Positions 1 through 14,771 are shown, numbered from the stretch's first letter. The stretch: DNA of 64,000 nucleotides from Balanoglossus misakiensis (GCA_040954595.2 CM082582.2:1906303-1970302), one strand, 5' to 3'. Notes: generated by a model from the sequence alone, not told the origin. Numbers and translations are program-made.

Positions 1-3000
1 TAATTTGTCTGGTCACAATATGTCTATAGACACATCACGTACATGGACATGAATGCAAGAATGGACACAGATCATTTATGAAGTCAATGTGAACAACTTT
101 ACTTGAAGTCAGTACATTGTAAACAGAATACCACAGTTGTAATAATTTGTCTGATAACAATATGTCTATAGACACATCACGTACATGAACATGAATGCAA
201 GAATGGACACAGATCATTTATGAAGTCAATGTGAACAACTTTACTTGAAGTCAGTACATTGTAAACAGAATACCACAGTTGTAATAATTTGTCTGATCAC
301 AATATGTCTATAGACACATCACGTCCATGAACATGAATGCAAGAATTGGACACAGATCATTTATGAAGTCAATGTGAACAACTTTACTTGAAGTCAGTAC
401 ATTGTAAACAGAATACCACAGTTGTAATAATTTGTCTGGTCACAATATGTCTATAGACACATCACGTCCATGGACATGAATGCAAGAATGGACACAGATT
501 ATTTATGAAGTCAATGTGAACAACTTTACTTGAATTCAGTACATTGTAAATAGAATACCACAGTTGTAATAATTTGTCTGATCACAATATGTCTGTCGAC
601 ACATCACGTACATGGACATGAATGCAAGAATGGACACAGATCATTTATGAAGTCAATGTGAACAACTTTACTTGAAGTCAGTACATTCTAAACAGAATAC
701 CAGAGTTGCAATAATTTGTCTGATCACAATATATCTATAGACACATCACGTACATGGACATGAATGCAAGAATGGACACAGATCATTTATGAAGTCAATG
801 TGAACAACTTTACTTGAAGTCAGTAAATTGTAAACAGAATACCAGAGTTGTAATAATTTGTCTGGTCACAATATGTCTATAGACACATCACGTACATGGA
901 CATGAATGCAAGAATGGACACAGATCATTTATGAAGTCAATGTGAACAACTTTACTTGAAGTCAGTACATTGTAAACAGAATACCACAGTTGTAATAATT
1001 TGTCTGATAACAATATGTCTATAGACACATCACGTACATGAACATGAATGCAAGAATGGACACAGATCATTTATGAAGTCAATGTGAACAACTTTACTTG
1101 AAGTCAGTACATTGTAAACAGAATACCACAGTTGTAATAATTTGTCTGATCACAATATGTCTATAGACACATCACGTCCATGAACATGAATGCAAGAATT
1201 GGACACAGATCATTTATGAAGTCAATGTGAACAACTTTACTTGAAGTCAGTACATTGTAAACAGAATACCACAGTTGTAATAATTTGTCTGGTCACAATA
1301 TGTCTATAGACACATCACGTCCATGGACATGAATGCAAGAATGGACACAGATTATTTATGAAGTCAATGTGAACAACTTTACTTGAATTCAGTACATTGT
1401 AAATAGAATACCACAGTTGTAATAATTTGTCTGATCACAATATGTCTATAGACACATCATGTACATGGACATGAATGCAAGAATGGACACAGATCATTTA
1501 TGAAGGCAATGTGAACAACTTTACTTGAAGTCGGTACATTGTAAACTTAATACCACAGTTGTAATAATTTGTCTGGTCACAATATGTCTATGGACACATC
1601 ATGTACATGGACATGAATGCAAGAATGGACACAGATCATTTATGACGTTAATGTGAACAACTTTACTTCAAGTCAGTACATAGTAAAAAGAATACCAGAG
1701 TTGTAATAATTTGTCTGATCTCAATATGTCTATAGACACATCACATCCATGGACATGAATGCAAGAATGGACACATATCATTTATGAAGTCAATGTGAAC
1801 AACTTTACTTGAAGTCAGTAAATTGTAAACAGAATACCAGAGTTGTAATAATTTGTCAGATCACAATATGTCTATAGACACATCATGTAAATTGACATGA
1901 ATGCAAGAATGGACACAGATCATTTATGAAGTCAATATGAACAACTTTATTTGAAGTCAGTACATTGTAAACAGAATACCACAGTTGTAATAATTTGTCT
2001 GATCACAATATGTCTATAGACACATCATGTACATGGACATGAGTGCAAGAATGGACACAGATCATTTATGAAGTCATTATGAACAACTTTATTTGAAGTC
2101 AGTACATTGTAAACAGAATACCACAGTTGTAATAATTTGTCTGATCACAATATGTCTATAGACACATCACGTCCATGGACATGAATGCATGAATGGACAC
2201 AGATCATTTATGAAGTCAATGTGAACAACTTTACTTGAAGTCAGTAAATTGTAAACAGAATACCACAGTTGTAATAATTTGTCTGATCACAATATGTCTA
2301 TAGACACATCACGTACATGGACATGAATGCAAGAATGGACACAGATCATTTATGAAGTCAATGTGAACAACTTTACTTGAAGTCAGTACATTGTAAACAG
2401 AATACCACAGTTGTAATAATTTGTCTGATCACAATATGTCTATAGACACATCACGTCCATGGACATGAATGCATGAATGGACACAGATCATTTATGAAGT
2501 CAATGTGAACAACTTTACTTGAAGTCAGTACATTCTAAACAGAATACCAGAGTTGCAATAATTTGTCTGGTCACAATATGTCTATAGACACATCACGTAC
2601 ATGGACATGAATGCAAGAATGGACACAGATCATTTATGAAGTCAATGTGAACAACTTTACTTGAAGTCAGTACATTGTAAACAGAATACCACAGTTGCAA
2701 TAATTTGTCCGATCACAAAATGTCTATAGACACATCACGTACATGAACATGAATGCAAGAATGGACACAGATCATTTATGAAGTCAATGTGAACATCTTT
2801 ACTTGAAGTCAGTACATTGTAAACAGAATATTAGAGATGTAATAATTTGTCTGATCACAATATGTCTGTCGACACATCACGTACATGGACATGAATGCAA
2901 GAATGGACACAGATCATTTATGAAGTCAATGTGAACAACTTTACTTGAAGTCAGTACATTCTAAACAGAATACCAGAGTTGCAATAATTTGTCTGATCAC

Positions 3001-6000
3001 AATATATCTATAGACACATCACGTACATGGACATGAATGCAAGAATGGACACAGATCATTTATGAAGTCAATGTGAACAACTTTACTTGAAGTCAGTAAA
3101 TTGTAAACAGAATACCAGAGTTGTAATAATTTGTCTGGTCACAATATGTCTATAGACACATCACGTACATGGACATGAATGCAAGAATGGACACAGATCA
3201 TTTATGAAGTCAATGTGAACAACTTTACTTGAAGTCAGTACATTGTAAACAGAATACCACAGTTGTAATAATTTGTCTGATAACAATATGTCTATAGACA
3301 CATCACGTACATGAACATGAATGCAAGAATGGACACAGATCATTTATGAAGTCAATGTGAACAACTTTACTTGAAGTCAGTACATTGTAAACAGAATACC
3401 ACAGTTGTAATAATTTGTCTGATCACAATATGTCTATAGACACATCACGTCCATGAACATGAATGCAAGAATTGGACACAGATCATTTATGAAGTCAATG
3501 TGAACAACTTTACTTGAAGTCAGTACATTGTAAACAGAATACCACAGTTGTAATAATTTGTCTGGTCACAATATGTCTATAGACACATCACGTCCATGGA
3601 CATGAATGCAAGAATGGACACAGATTATTTATGAAGTCAATGTGAACAACTTTACTTGAATTCAGTACATTGTAAATAGAATACCACAGTTGTAATAATT
3701 TGTCTGATCACAATATGTCTGTCGACACATCACGTACATGGACATGAATGCAAGAATGGACACAGATCATTTATGAAGTCAATGTGAACAACTTTACTTG
3801 AAGTCAGTACATTCTAAACAGAATACCAGAGTTGCAATAATTTGTCTGATCACAATATATCTATAGACACATCACGTACATGGACATGAATGCAAGAATG
3901 GACACAGATCATTTATGAAGTCAATGTGAACAACTTTACTTGAAGTCAGTAAATTGTAAACAGAATACCAGAGTTGTAATAATTTGTCTGGTCACAATAT
4001 GTCTATAGACACATCACGTACATGGACATGAATGCAAGAATGGACACAGATCATTTATGAAGTCAATGTGAACAACTTTACTTGAAGTCAGTACATTGTA
4101 AACAGAATACCACAGTTGTAATAATTTGTCTGATAACAATATGTATATAGACACATCACGTACATGAACATGAATGCAAGAATGGACACAGATCATTTAT
4201 GAAGTCAATGTGAACAACTTTACTTGAAGTCAGTACATTGTAAACAGAATACCACAGTTGTAATAATTTGTCTGATCACAATATGTCTATAGACACATCA
4301 CGTCCATGAACATGAATGCAAGAATTGGACACAGATCATTTATGAAGTCAATGTGAACAACTTTACTTGAAGTCAGTACATTGTAAACAGAATACCACAG
4401 TTGTAATAATTTGTCTGGTCACAATATGTCTATAGACACATCACGTCCATGGACATGAATGCAAGAATGGACACAGATTATTTATGAAGTCAATGTGAAC
4501 AACTTTACTTGAATTCAGTACATTGTAAATAGAATACCACAGTTGTAATAATTTGTCTGATCACAATATGTCTATAGACACATCATGTACATGGACATGA
4601 ATGCAAGAATGGACACAGATCATTTATGAAGTCAATGTGAACAACTTTACTTGAATTCAGTACATTGTAAATAGAATACTACAGTTGTAATAATTTGTCT
4701 GATCACAATATGTCTATAGACACATCACGTCCATGGACATGAATGCATGAATGAACACAGATCATTTATGAAGTCAATGTGAACAACTTTACTTGAAGTC
4801 AGTACATTGTAAACAGAATACCACAGTTGTAATAATTTGTCTGGTCACAATATGTCTATAGAAACATCACGTCCATGGACATGAATGCAAGAATGGACAC
4901 AGATTATTTATGAAGTCAATGTGAACAACTTTACTTGAATTCAGTACATTGTAAATAGAATACCACAGTTGTAATAATTTGTCTGATCACAATATGTCTA
5001 TAGACACATCATGTACATGGACATGAATGCAAGAATGGACACAGATCATTTATGAAGTCAATGTGAACAACTTTACTTGAATTCAGTACATTGTAAATAG
5101 AATACTACAGTTGTAATAATTTGTCTGATCACAATATGTCTATAGACACATCACGTCCATGGACATGAATGCATGAATGAACACAGATCATTTATGAAGT
5201 CAATGTGAATAACTTTACTTGAAATCAGTACATTGTAAACAGAAAACCACAGTTGTAATAATTTGTCTGGTCACAATATGTCTATAGACACTTCACGTCC
5301 ATGGACATGAATGCAAGAATGGACACAGATCATTTATGAAGGCAATGTGAACAACTTTACTTGAAGTCGGTATATTGTAAACTTAATACCACAGTTGTAA
5401 TAATTTGTCTGGTCACAATATGTCTATGGACACATCATGTACATGGACATGAATGCAAGAATGGACACAGATCATTTATGACGTTAATGTGAACAACTTT
5501 ACTTCAAGTCAGTACATAGTAAACAGAATACCAGAGTTGTAATAATTTGTCTGATCTCAATATGTCTATAGACACATCACATCCATGGACATGAATGCAA
5601 GAATGGACACAGATCATTTATGAAGTCAATGTGAACAACTTTACTTGAAGTCAGTAAATTGTAAACAGAATACCAGAGTTGTAATAATTTGTCAGATCAC
5701 AATATGTCTATAGACACATCATGTAAATTGACATGAATGCAAGAATGGACACAGATCATTTATGAAGTCAATATGAACAACTTTATTTGAAGTCAGTACA
5801 TTGTAAACAGAATACCACAGTTGTAATAATTTGTCTGATCACAATATGTCTATAGACACATCATGTACATGGACATGAATGCAAGAATGGACACAGATCA
5901 TTTATGAAGCCATTATGAACAACTTTATTTGAAGTCAGTACATTGTAAACAGAATACCACAGTTGTAATAATTTGTCTGATCACAATATGTCTATAGACA

Positions 6001-9000
6001 CATCACATCCATGGACATGAATGCAAGAATGGACACAGATCATTTATGAAGTCAATGTGAACAACTTTACTTGAAGTCAGTAAATTGTAAACAGAATGCA
6101 AGAGTTGTAATAATTTGTCCGATCACAAAATGTCTATAGACACATCACGTACATGAACATGAATACAAGAATGGACACAGATCATTTATGAAGTCAATGT
6201 GAACATCTTTACTTGAAGTCAGTACATTGTAAACAGAATATTAGAGATGTAATAATTTGTCTGATCACAATATGTCTGTCGACACATCACGTACATGGAC
6301 ATGAATGCAATAATGGACACAGATCATTTATGAAGTCAATGTGAACAACTTTACTTGAAGTCAGTACATTCTAAACAGAATACCAGAGTTGCAATAATTT
6401 GTCTGATCACAATATGTCTATAGACACATCACGTACATGGACATGAATGCAAGAATGGACACAGATCATTTATGAAGTCAATGTGAACAACTTTACTTGA
6501 AGTCAGTACAGTGTAAACAGAATACCACAGTTGTAATAATTTGTCTGATCACAATATGTCTATAGACACATCACGTCCATGGACATGAATGCATGAATGG
6601 ACACAGATCATTTATGAAGTCAATGTGAACAACTTTACTTGAAGTCAGTACATTCTAAACAGAATACCAGAGTTGCAATAATTTGTCTGGTCACAATATG
6701 TCTATAGACACATCACGTACATGGACATGAATGCAAGAATGGACACAGATCATTTATGAAGTCAATGTGAACAACTTTACTTGAAGTCAGTACATTGTAA
6801 ACAGAATACCACAGTTGCAATAATTTGTCCGATCACAAAATGTCTATAGACACATCACGTATATGAACATGAATGCAAGAATGGACACAGATCATTTATG
6901 AAGTCAATGTGAACATCTTTACTTGAAGTCAGTACATTGTAAACAGAATATTAGAGATGTAATAATTTGTCTGATCACAATATGTCTGTCGACACATCAC
7001 GTACATGGACATGAATGCAAGAATGGACACAGATCATTTATGAAGTCAATGTGAACAACTTTACTTGAAGTCAGTACATTCTAAACAGAATACCAGAGTT
7101 GCAATAATTTGTCTGATCACAATATATCTATAGACACATCACGTACATGGACATGAATGCAAGAATGGACACAGATCATTTATGAAGTCAATGTGAACAA
7201 CTTTACTTGAAGTCAGTAAATTGTAAACAGAATACCAGAGTTGTAATAATTTGTCTGGTCACAATATGTCTATAGACACATCACGTACATGGACATGAAT
7301 GCAAGAATGGACACAGATCATTTATGAAGTCAATGTGAACAACTTTACTTGAAGTCAGTACATTGTAAACAGAATACCACAGTTGTAATAATTTGTCTGA
7401 TAACAATATGTCTATAGACACATCACGTACATGGACATGAATGCAAGAATGGACACAGATCATTTATGAAGTCAATGTGAACAACTTTACTTGAAGTCAG
7501 TACATTGTAAACAGAATACCACAGTTGTAATAATTTGTCTGATCACAATATGTCTATAGACACATCACGTCCATGAACATGAATGCAAGAATTGGACACA
7601 GATCATTTATGAAGTCAATGTGAACAACTTTACTTGAAGTCAGTACATTGTAAACAGAATACCACAGTTGTAATAATTTGTCTGGTCACAATATGTCTAT
7701 AGACACATCACGTCCATGGACATGAATGCAAGAATGGACACAGATTATTTATGAAGTCAATGTGAACAACTTTACTTGAATTCAGTACATTGTAAATAGA
7801 ATACCACAGTTGTAATAATTTGTCTGATCACAATATGTCTATAGACACATCATGTACATGGACATGAATGCAAGAATGGACACAGATCATTTATGAAGTC
7901 AATGTGAACAACTTTACTTGAATTCAGTACATTGTAAATAGAATACTACAGTTGTAATAATTTGTCTGATCACAATATGTCTATAGACACATCACGTCCA
8001 TGGACATGAATGCATGAATGAACACAGATCATTTATGAAGTCAATGTGAATAACTTTACTTGAAATCAGTACATTGTAAACAGAAAACCACAGTTGTAAT
8101 AATTTGTCTGGTCACAATATGTCTATAGACACTTCACGTCCATGGACATGAATGCAAGAATGGACACAGATCATTTATGAAGGCAATGTGAACAACTTTA
8201 CTTGAAGTCGGTACATTGTAAACTTAATACCACAGTTGTAATAATTTGTCTGGTCACAATATGTCTATGGACACATCATGTACATGGACATGAATGCAAG
8301 AATGGACACAGATCATTTATGACGTTAATGTGAACAACTTTACTTCAAGTCAGTACATAGTAAACAGAATACCAGAGTTGTAATAATTTGTCTGATGTCA
8401 ATATTTCTATAGACACATCACATCCATGGACATGAATGCAAGAATGGACACAGATCATTTATGAAGTCAATGTGAACAACTTTACTTGAAGTCAGTAAAT
8501 TGTAAACAGAATACCAGAGTTGTACTAATTTGTCAGATCACAATATGTCTATAGACACATCATGTAAATTGACATGAATGCAAGAATGGACACAGATCAT
8601 TTATGAAGTCAATATGAACAACTTTATTTGAAGTCAGTACATTGTAAACAGAATACCACAGTTGTAATAATTTGTCTGATCACAATATGTCTATAGACAC
8701 ATCATGTACATGGACATGAGTGCAAGAATGGACACAGATCATTTATGAAGTCATTATGAACAACTTTATTTGAAGTCAGTACATTGTAAACAGAATACCA
8801 CAGTTGTAATAATTTGTCTGATCACAATATGTCTATAGACACATCACGTCCATGGACATGAATGCATGAATGGACACAGATCATTTATGAAGTCAATGTG
8901 AACAACTTTACTTGAAGTCAGTAAATTGTAAACAGAATACCACAGTTGTAATAATTTGTCTGATCACAATATGTCTGTAGACACATCACGTCCATGGACA

Positions 9001-11254
9001 TGAATGCAAGAATGGACACAGATCATTTATGAAGTCAATGTGAACAACTTTACTTGAATTCAGTACATTGTAAACAGAATACATGAGTTGTAATAATTTG
9101 TGTGTCCACAATATGTCTATAGACACATCATGTACATGGACATGAATGCAAGAATGGACACAGATCATTTATGAAGTCATTGTGAACAACTTTATTTGAA
9201 GTCAGTACATTGTAAACAGAATACCACAGTTGTAATAATTTGTCTGATCACAATATGTCTATAGACACATCACGTCCATGGACATGAATGCATAAATGGA
9301 CACAGATCATTTATGTAGTCATTGTGAACTACTTTACTTGAAGTCAGTACATTGTAAACAGAATACCACAGTTGTAATAATTTGTCTCATCACAATATGT
9401 CTATAGACACATCACGTCCATGGACATGAATGCAAGAATGGACACAGATCATTTATGAAGTCAATGTGAACAACTTTTACTTGATGTCAGTAAAATGTAA
9501 ACAGAATACCAGAGTTGTAATAATTTGTCTGATCACAATATGTCTATAGACACATCACGTCCATGGACATGAATGCAGGAATGGACACAGATCATTTATG
9601 AAGTCAATGTGAACAACTTCACTTGAAGTCAGTAAATTGTAAACAGAATACCAGAGTTGTAATGATTTGTCAGATCACAATATGTCTATAGACACATTAC
9701 GTACATGGACATGAATGCAAGAATGGACACAGATCATTTATGAAGTCAATGTGAACAACTTTACTTGAATACAGTACATTGTAAACAGAATACATGAGTT
9801 GTAATAATTTGTGTGTCCACAATATGTCTATAGACACATCACGTACATGGACATGAATGCAAGAATGGACACAGATCATTTATGAAGTCAATGTGAACAA
9901 CTTTACTTGAAGTCAGTACATTGTAAACAGAATACATGAGTTGAAATAGTTTGTCTGATCACAATATGTCTATAGACACATCACGTACATGAATGCAAGA
10001 ATGGACACAGATCATTTATGAAGTCAATGTGAACAACTTTACTTGAATTCAGTACCTTGTACACAGAATACATGAGTTGAAATAGTTTGTCTGATCACAA
10101 TATGTCTATAGACACATCACGTACATGGACATGAATGCAAGAATGGACACAGATCATTTATGAAGTCAATGTGAACAACTTTACTTGAAGTCAGTACATT
10201 GTAAACAGAATACCACAGTTGTAATAATTTGTCTGATCACAATATGTCTATAGACACATCACGTCCATGAACATGAATGCAAGAATGGACACAGATCATT
10301 TATGAAGTCAATGTGAACAACTTTACTTGAAGTCAGTACATTGTAAACAGAATACCACAGTTGTAATAATTTGTGTGATCTCAATATGTCTATAGACACA
10401 TCACGTCCATGGACATGAATGCAAGAATGGACACAGATCATTTATGAAGTCAATGTGAACAACTTTACTTGAAGTCAGTAAATTGTAAACAGAATACCAG
10501 AGTTGTAATAATTTGTCAGATCACAATATGTCTATAGACACATCATGTAAATTGACATGAATGCAAGAATGGACACAGATCATTTATGAAGTCAATATGA
10601 ACAACTTTACTTGAATTCAGTACATTATAAATAGAATACCACAGTTGTAATAATTTGTCTGATCACAATATGTCTATAGACACATCATGTACATGGACAT
10701 GAATGCAAGAATGGACACAGATCATTTATGAAGTCATTGTGAACAACTTTACTTGAAGTCAGTACATTGTAAACAGAATACCACAGTTGTAATAATTTGT
10801 CTGATCACAATATGTCTATAGACACATCACGTCCATGAACATGAATGCAAGAATGGACACAGATCATTTATGAAGTCAATGTGAACAACTTTACTTGAAG
10901 TCAGTACATTGTAAACAGAATACCACAGTTGTAATAATTTGTCTGATCACAATATGTCTATAGACACATCATGTACATGGACATGAATGCTAGAATGGAC
11001 ACAGATCATTTATGAAGTCAATGTGAACAACTTTACTTGAAGTCAGTAAATTGTAAACAGAATACCAGAGTTGCAATAATTTGTCTGCTCACAATATGTC
11101 TTTAGACACATCATGTACATGGACATGAATGCTAGAATGGACACAGATCATTGATGAAGTCAATGTGAACAACTTTTCTTGAAGTCAGTAAATTGTAAAC
11201 AGAATACCAGAGTTTCAATAATTTGTCTGCTCACAATATGTCTGTAGACACATC
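1..11254 (+). repeat. 142-bp tandem satellite array, left block (continues beyond window start)
   Basis: Monomer gacacatcacgtacatggacatgaatgcaagaatggacacagatcatttatgaagtcaatgtgaacaac...aatatgtctata recurs every 142 bp (e.g. 29 and 171). Occasional 143- and 136-bp variants occur. Confidence 0.98.
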
Positions 11255-11395
11255 ATTTGGGCACAACCCCTTGGGTGTAATTTGGGGCGCCCTCTGTGTA
11301 GTGCGTCTTCCCGCCTTCCGGAGAGAATTGCTACTTTTGTAGGGCTTCCGCCATCTTGTAGAGTCACTTTTTCCGAGCAGTCGCTCGCTTAAAAC
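11255..11395 (+). repeat. Split direct repeat A1
   Basis: Identical to 15193-15333 except 11263 A vs 15201 C. Confidence 0.95.
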
Positions 11396-11438
11396 TTCTC
11401 CCAAAAATCCGTCTTTTTCGCCGCTTTGTCGTCACAAT

Positions 11439-12617
11439 ATGTCCGACCACTCAGACAGCGAAACTCTCCCACAGTCCGAAAGGCGGACTCCCAACTGCTC
11501 TGGCTGCAAACAAGCAGTAAAAGGGCATCGCGCTCTTGGATTACAGCCAGGCCCAAACTGCACAGGCGTGCCCCAACCGCAAGACGCAGATGGAAGCTTT
11601 GCCATTCCCACCACATCCGTCGTCGTCGAACAGACTGACTCACTCCAGCTCGAAGATCTACAAGCCAGACAGGCAGAACTGTTACAGGAAAAGCAACTCC
11701 TACTGCAGAAACGAGAGCAGCGTGCATTACAGACCCGCTCCAGCATCTCAGAACTAGAACACGAACTTGCCACCCTCCGAGTGCGGGATGCCAACACAAG
11801 TCTCATGCAACCGCCTCCATCGATCCCTTTATCGTCGGGCAACGGCTGTCCACCAACACTGGACACCCTTCGTCAAAACCCAGCGGCCAACCAAGCAGTC
11901 GACGCACAACTCTCTCACATTGTGAATTCGGCATTTGGCGCCTCCGCATTGCCAACGTCCATCGGACAGTCTACTCGTGCTGAATGGCCGATCGGCTACA
12001 TGTCACAAGGTAAGCCAGGAAAGTCCCCTCGTGACTCTCAAGCCCCTAGCTTCACAGACGAATCCAGAGTGAAATGGCCACATTTGCGCCTACCTCGCGA
12101 AAAAGGAGGAAAAGTCCCCAAATTCGACAACTTAACCATCGCACAACTGGTCAGAGGTGAATTAGAAATACTCAACTCCGTCTACCTGCCCATCTCGTCG
12201 GAGGAACGCGCTCCCAGATCACTGCATCTCCAGAACTTAATGAGACTCGCTCATAAGCACGATTGGTCAGACGTACTGAATTTCCACGGTACCATCTTAG
12301 AAAAGATACAAAGCGCAGAACTACATTGGCAAGACTGCTTCGACCGTTATGAAAAAGAACTTCTCTCACCCGACACCCTGAAATCCGTCAAACAAGGCAC
12401 TGATAGCGGCAAGACACAGGCCGTCAAGAAGAGCGATATGTGTTACAAGTACAACCTCCAGACATGCGAATGGGGCGACAAGTGTTTTAGACGCCACATC
12501 TGCTATCGCTGTTTCAAAATTAACAACACAGCCACACCTCACAGCGGCAAAGACTGCCACCTCGCCACCAGCAAGAAGAATGACAGCTCCAATAGTATTA
12601 CATCTAATTCGGACTGA
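11439..12617 (+). CDS. ORF1, gag-like protein with coiled coil and C-terminal CCCH/CCHC zinc fingers
   Basis: 392-aa ATG-initiated ORF. It has an N-terminal CxxC...H...C motif, a Q/L-rich coiled coil, and C-terminal CYKYN..TC.WG.KC.RRHIC.RC...H...C typical of Ngaro/DIRS ORF1. Confidence 0.85.
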   Translation: MSDHSDSETLPQSERRTPNCSGCKQAVKGHRALGLQPGPNCTGVPQPQDADGSFAIPTTSVVVEQTDSLQLEDLQARQAELLQEKQLLLQKREQRALQTRSSISELEHELATLRVRDANTSLMQPPPSIPLSSGNGCPPTLDTLRQNPAANQAVDAQLSHIVNSAFGASALPTSIGQSTRAEWPIGYMSQGKPGKSPRDSQAPSFTDESRVKWPHLRLPREKGGKVPKFDNLTIAQLVRGELEILNSVYLPISSEERAPRSLHLQNLMRLAHKHDWSDVLNFHGTILEKIQSAELHWQDCFDRYEKELLSPDTLKSVKQGTDSGKTQAVKKSDMCYKYNLQTCEWGDKCFRRHICYRCFKINNTATPHSGKDCHLATSKKNDSSNSITSNSD

Positions 12618-12632
12618 ACTTCAGTTGTTGGG

Positions 12633-14771
12633 TTGACTCCCATGTTCACAGAGACTACATTGTGTTCCGTCTCTTCCTCACAGAACATTCTGTACATTTC
12701 TGCATTGGCAGAATTTTCTAGCGCTCGGTCAACGTCCTACGCTAACATTCGGGCTCCCTGGTCACATACACCATGCCCTTCATGTATCTCAGGCCATACA
12801 GCCGCATCATCTGACATTGTGTCTCACTCAGCGAACGAGGACACACCGTCCTCGTCCACTTCAAACATTGTAACAATTCCTCCGATTTCAGCTTTGCCTC
12901 TGACATCGCTGTATTTAAACTTTCCGTCGAGCACAGGCCATACAGCCGCATCATCTGACATTGTGTCTCACTCAGCGAACGAGGACACACCGTCCTCGTC
13001 CACTTCAAACATTGTAACAATTCCTCCGATTTCAGCTTCGCCTCTGACATCGCTGTATTTAAACTTTCCGTCGAGCACGTCTCCCTCATCGGAACTTTCT
13101 TTAGCCAATATTTGTGCCTTACATGCGCAAGTTTCTACATCCGGGTTACCAAACTACCAAGGTCTCAAATATCCCGTTCCGACTAAATTAGTGTTGCCGT
13201 TATGGAGATCACTGCTGGCACATTATGCTGACAATATCATTTGTGACTATCACCATTTTGGCTGGCCTATCAGTTATACCCGTGACACGTTACCAGTCTT
13301 CGACATCCGTAAGCACCCTTTGGCCTTGATGTTTCCCGACGATGTGGACCACTTCGTCAGCACTGAAGTCGCCGCTGGGGCCACAGCCGGACCTTTCACA
13401 ATCAGCCCATTTCCTCACGGGTTCGTGGTGTCTCCACTTCAAACTGTGCACAAAAAGGACTCTTCACGCCGTCGCGTCGTCATGGACCTCAGCTTTCCAG
13501 AACACTTTTCTGTCAATGACGGAATCTCTTCAGACTTTTATGATGGTTATCACATAAAACTGTCGTACCCATCTTTAGATCATTTCTCACAAATTATCCA
13601 GGACAAAGGCCCCGGTTGCCTGTTATACAAGAGAGACTTACGCCGAGCATATCGGCAAATTTTCATTGACCCTCGAGATTATAATCTCCTTGGTTTTTCA
13701 TGGCATCATTTATTCTTTTTTGATCGTGTTTTTCCCTTCGGGCTTCGCTCTGCTGCATTAGCCTGCCAACGTACCACAAATGCAGTTATGTATTTATTTA
13801 GACAGAATGGTTACGCTGGCATCAATTATTTAGATGATTTTGGGGGTGCAGAGGCGCCAGACAAAGCCATGGCAGCCTTTGAATCCCTTGGTCGACTTTT
13901 ATCACAGCTCGGTCTAGAGGAGGCGCAGGCTAAAGCAGTAGCGCCGTCCACTTGCATGGTTTTTCTCGGTATTGAATTCGACACTGTGTCTATGACCATG
14001 CGCATTCCAGCACACAAGTTATCCACCCTACTCACAGAGCTTGATGAGTGGGACACAAAAGTCTCTGTTCCCAAGCGTCAATTTCAGTCTTTGTTAGGCA
14101 AGCTTAAATCAGTTGCCACATGTGTTCGCTCAGGACGATTGTTTTTCTCCCGTATGTTACAGTTACTTAGACAGCAGTTTAAATCACCTCGCATTTTTCT
14201 AGATTCGCAATTCTTCGCTGACTTAGTTTGGTGGCGTACCTTTTTACCTTTATACAACGGAGTATCTGTTATCCCAGCTTCTAGATGGAGTACACCAGAT
14301 GCCGTTTTTTCTACTGACGCCTGCCTCTCAGGCTGCGGGGGCTTTTCTCAAGGACTGTATTTTCACACAGAATTTCCTTTACCTGTTACTAGTCAGGGTT
14401 TACATATTAATGCGTTAGAACTTTTAACAGTGCTTGTTGCGTGTCGTCTGTGGGGCCATCTGTGGAAAGGCCAGCGCATTCAGGTGTTTTGCGATAATAT
14501 GGCAACAGTCACTGTCATTAATTCAGGTCGCTCACGAGACCTTCATATGCATCAATATTTACGAGAGTTATGGCTAGTGTCCGCACTCAATAGTTTTGAA
14601 CTTAAAGCGGTGCATATTCAGGGTCAGGATAATCGCTTAGCTGACCATTTAAGCAGATGGCACATTTCTCAGCATCACAGTTTTGAATTTCATGAGTTAA
14701 CCAATAGTATGCATGTGATAGAGGTGGCAGTGCCAGTCACATATTTCACTAATTTTCACTATGACCTGTAA
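12633..14771 (+). CDS. ORF2, DIRS/Ngaro-type reverse transcriptase-RNase H
   Basis: RT motifs KRDLRRAYRQ, FPFGLRSAALACQR and NYLDDFGG. RNase H motifs FSTDACLSGCGG, INALELL, FCDNMATV and NRLADHLSR. The frame is uninterrupted; the start codon is uncertain. Confidence 0.95.
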   Translation: MTPMFTETTLCSVSSSQNILYISALAEFSSARSTSYANIRAPWSHTPCPSCISGHTAASSDIVSHSANEDTPSSSTSNIVTIPPISALPLTSLYLNFPSSTGHTAASSDIVSHSANEDTPSSSTSNIVTIPPISASPLTSLYLNFPSSTSPSSELSLANICALHAQVSTSGLPNYQGLKYPVPTKLVLPLWRSLLAHYADNIICDYHHFGWPISYTRDTLPVFDIRKHPLALMFPDDVDHFVSTEVAAGATAGPFTISPFPHGFVVSPLQTVHKKDSSRRRVVMDLSFPEHFSVNDGISSDFYDGYHIKLSYPSLDHFSQIIQDKGPGCLLYKRDLRRAYRQIFIDPRDYNLLGFSWHHLFFFDRVFPFGLRSAALACQRTTNAVMYLFRQNGYAGINYLDDFGGAEAPDKAMAAFESLGRLLSQLGLEEAQAKAVAPSTCMVFLGIEFDTVSMTMRIPAHKLSTLLTELDEWDTKVSVPKRQFQSLLGKLKSVATCVRSGRLFFSRMLQLLRQQFKSPRIFLDSQFFADLVWWRTFLPLYNGVSVIPASRWSTPDAVFSTDACLSGCGGFSQGLYFHTEFPLPVTSQGLHINALELLTVLVACRLWGHLWKGQRIQVFCDNMATVTVINSGRSRDLHMHQYLRELWLVSALNSFELKAVHIQGQDNRLADHLSRWHISQHHSFEFHELTNSMHVIEVAVPVTYFTNFHYDL
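12790..13078 (+). repeat. 144-bp in-frame tandem duplication in the N-terminal region of ORF2
   Basis: caggccatacagccgc... occurs at 12790 and 12934, giving a 48-aa repeat GHTAASSDIV...NFPSST with one L/S difference. Confidence 0.95.

Noticed and set aside
29-170. Satellite monomer as a degenerate C2H2 zinc-finger repeat (HECKNGHRSF)
   Set aside because: The second Cys and the His pair are missing, the period is 142 rather than 84 bp, and stops are present.
11389-14074. Antisense and alternate-frame ORFs over the retroelement (e.g. 11432-11866, 12742-13089)
   Set aside because: They are shadow ORFs of gag and RT with no recognisable motif, including no R-H-R-Y recombinase signature.
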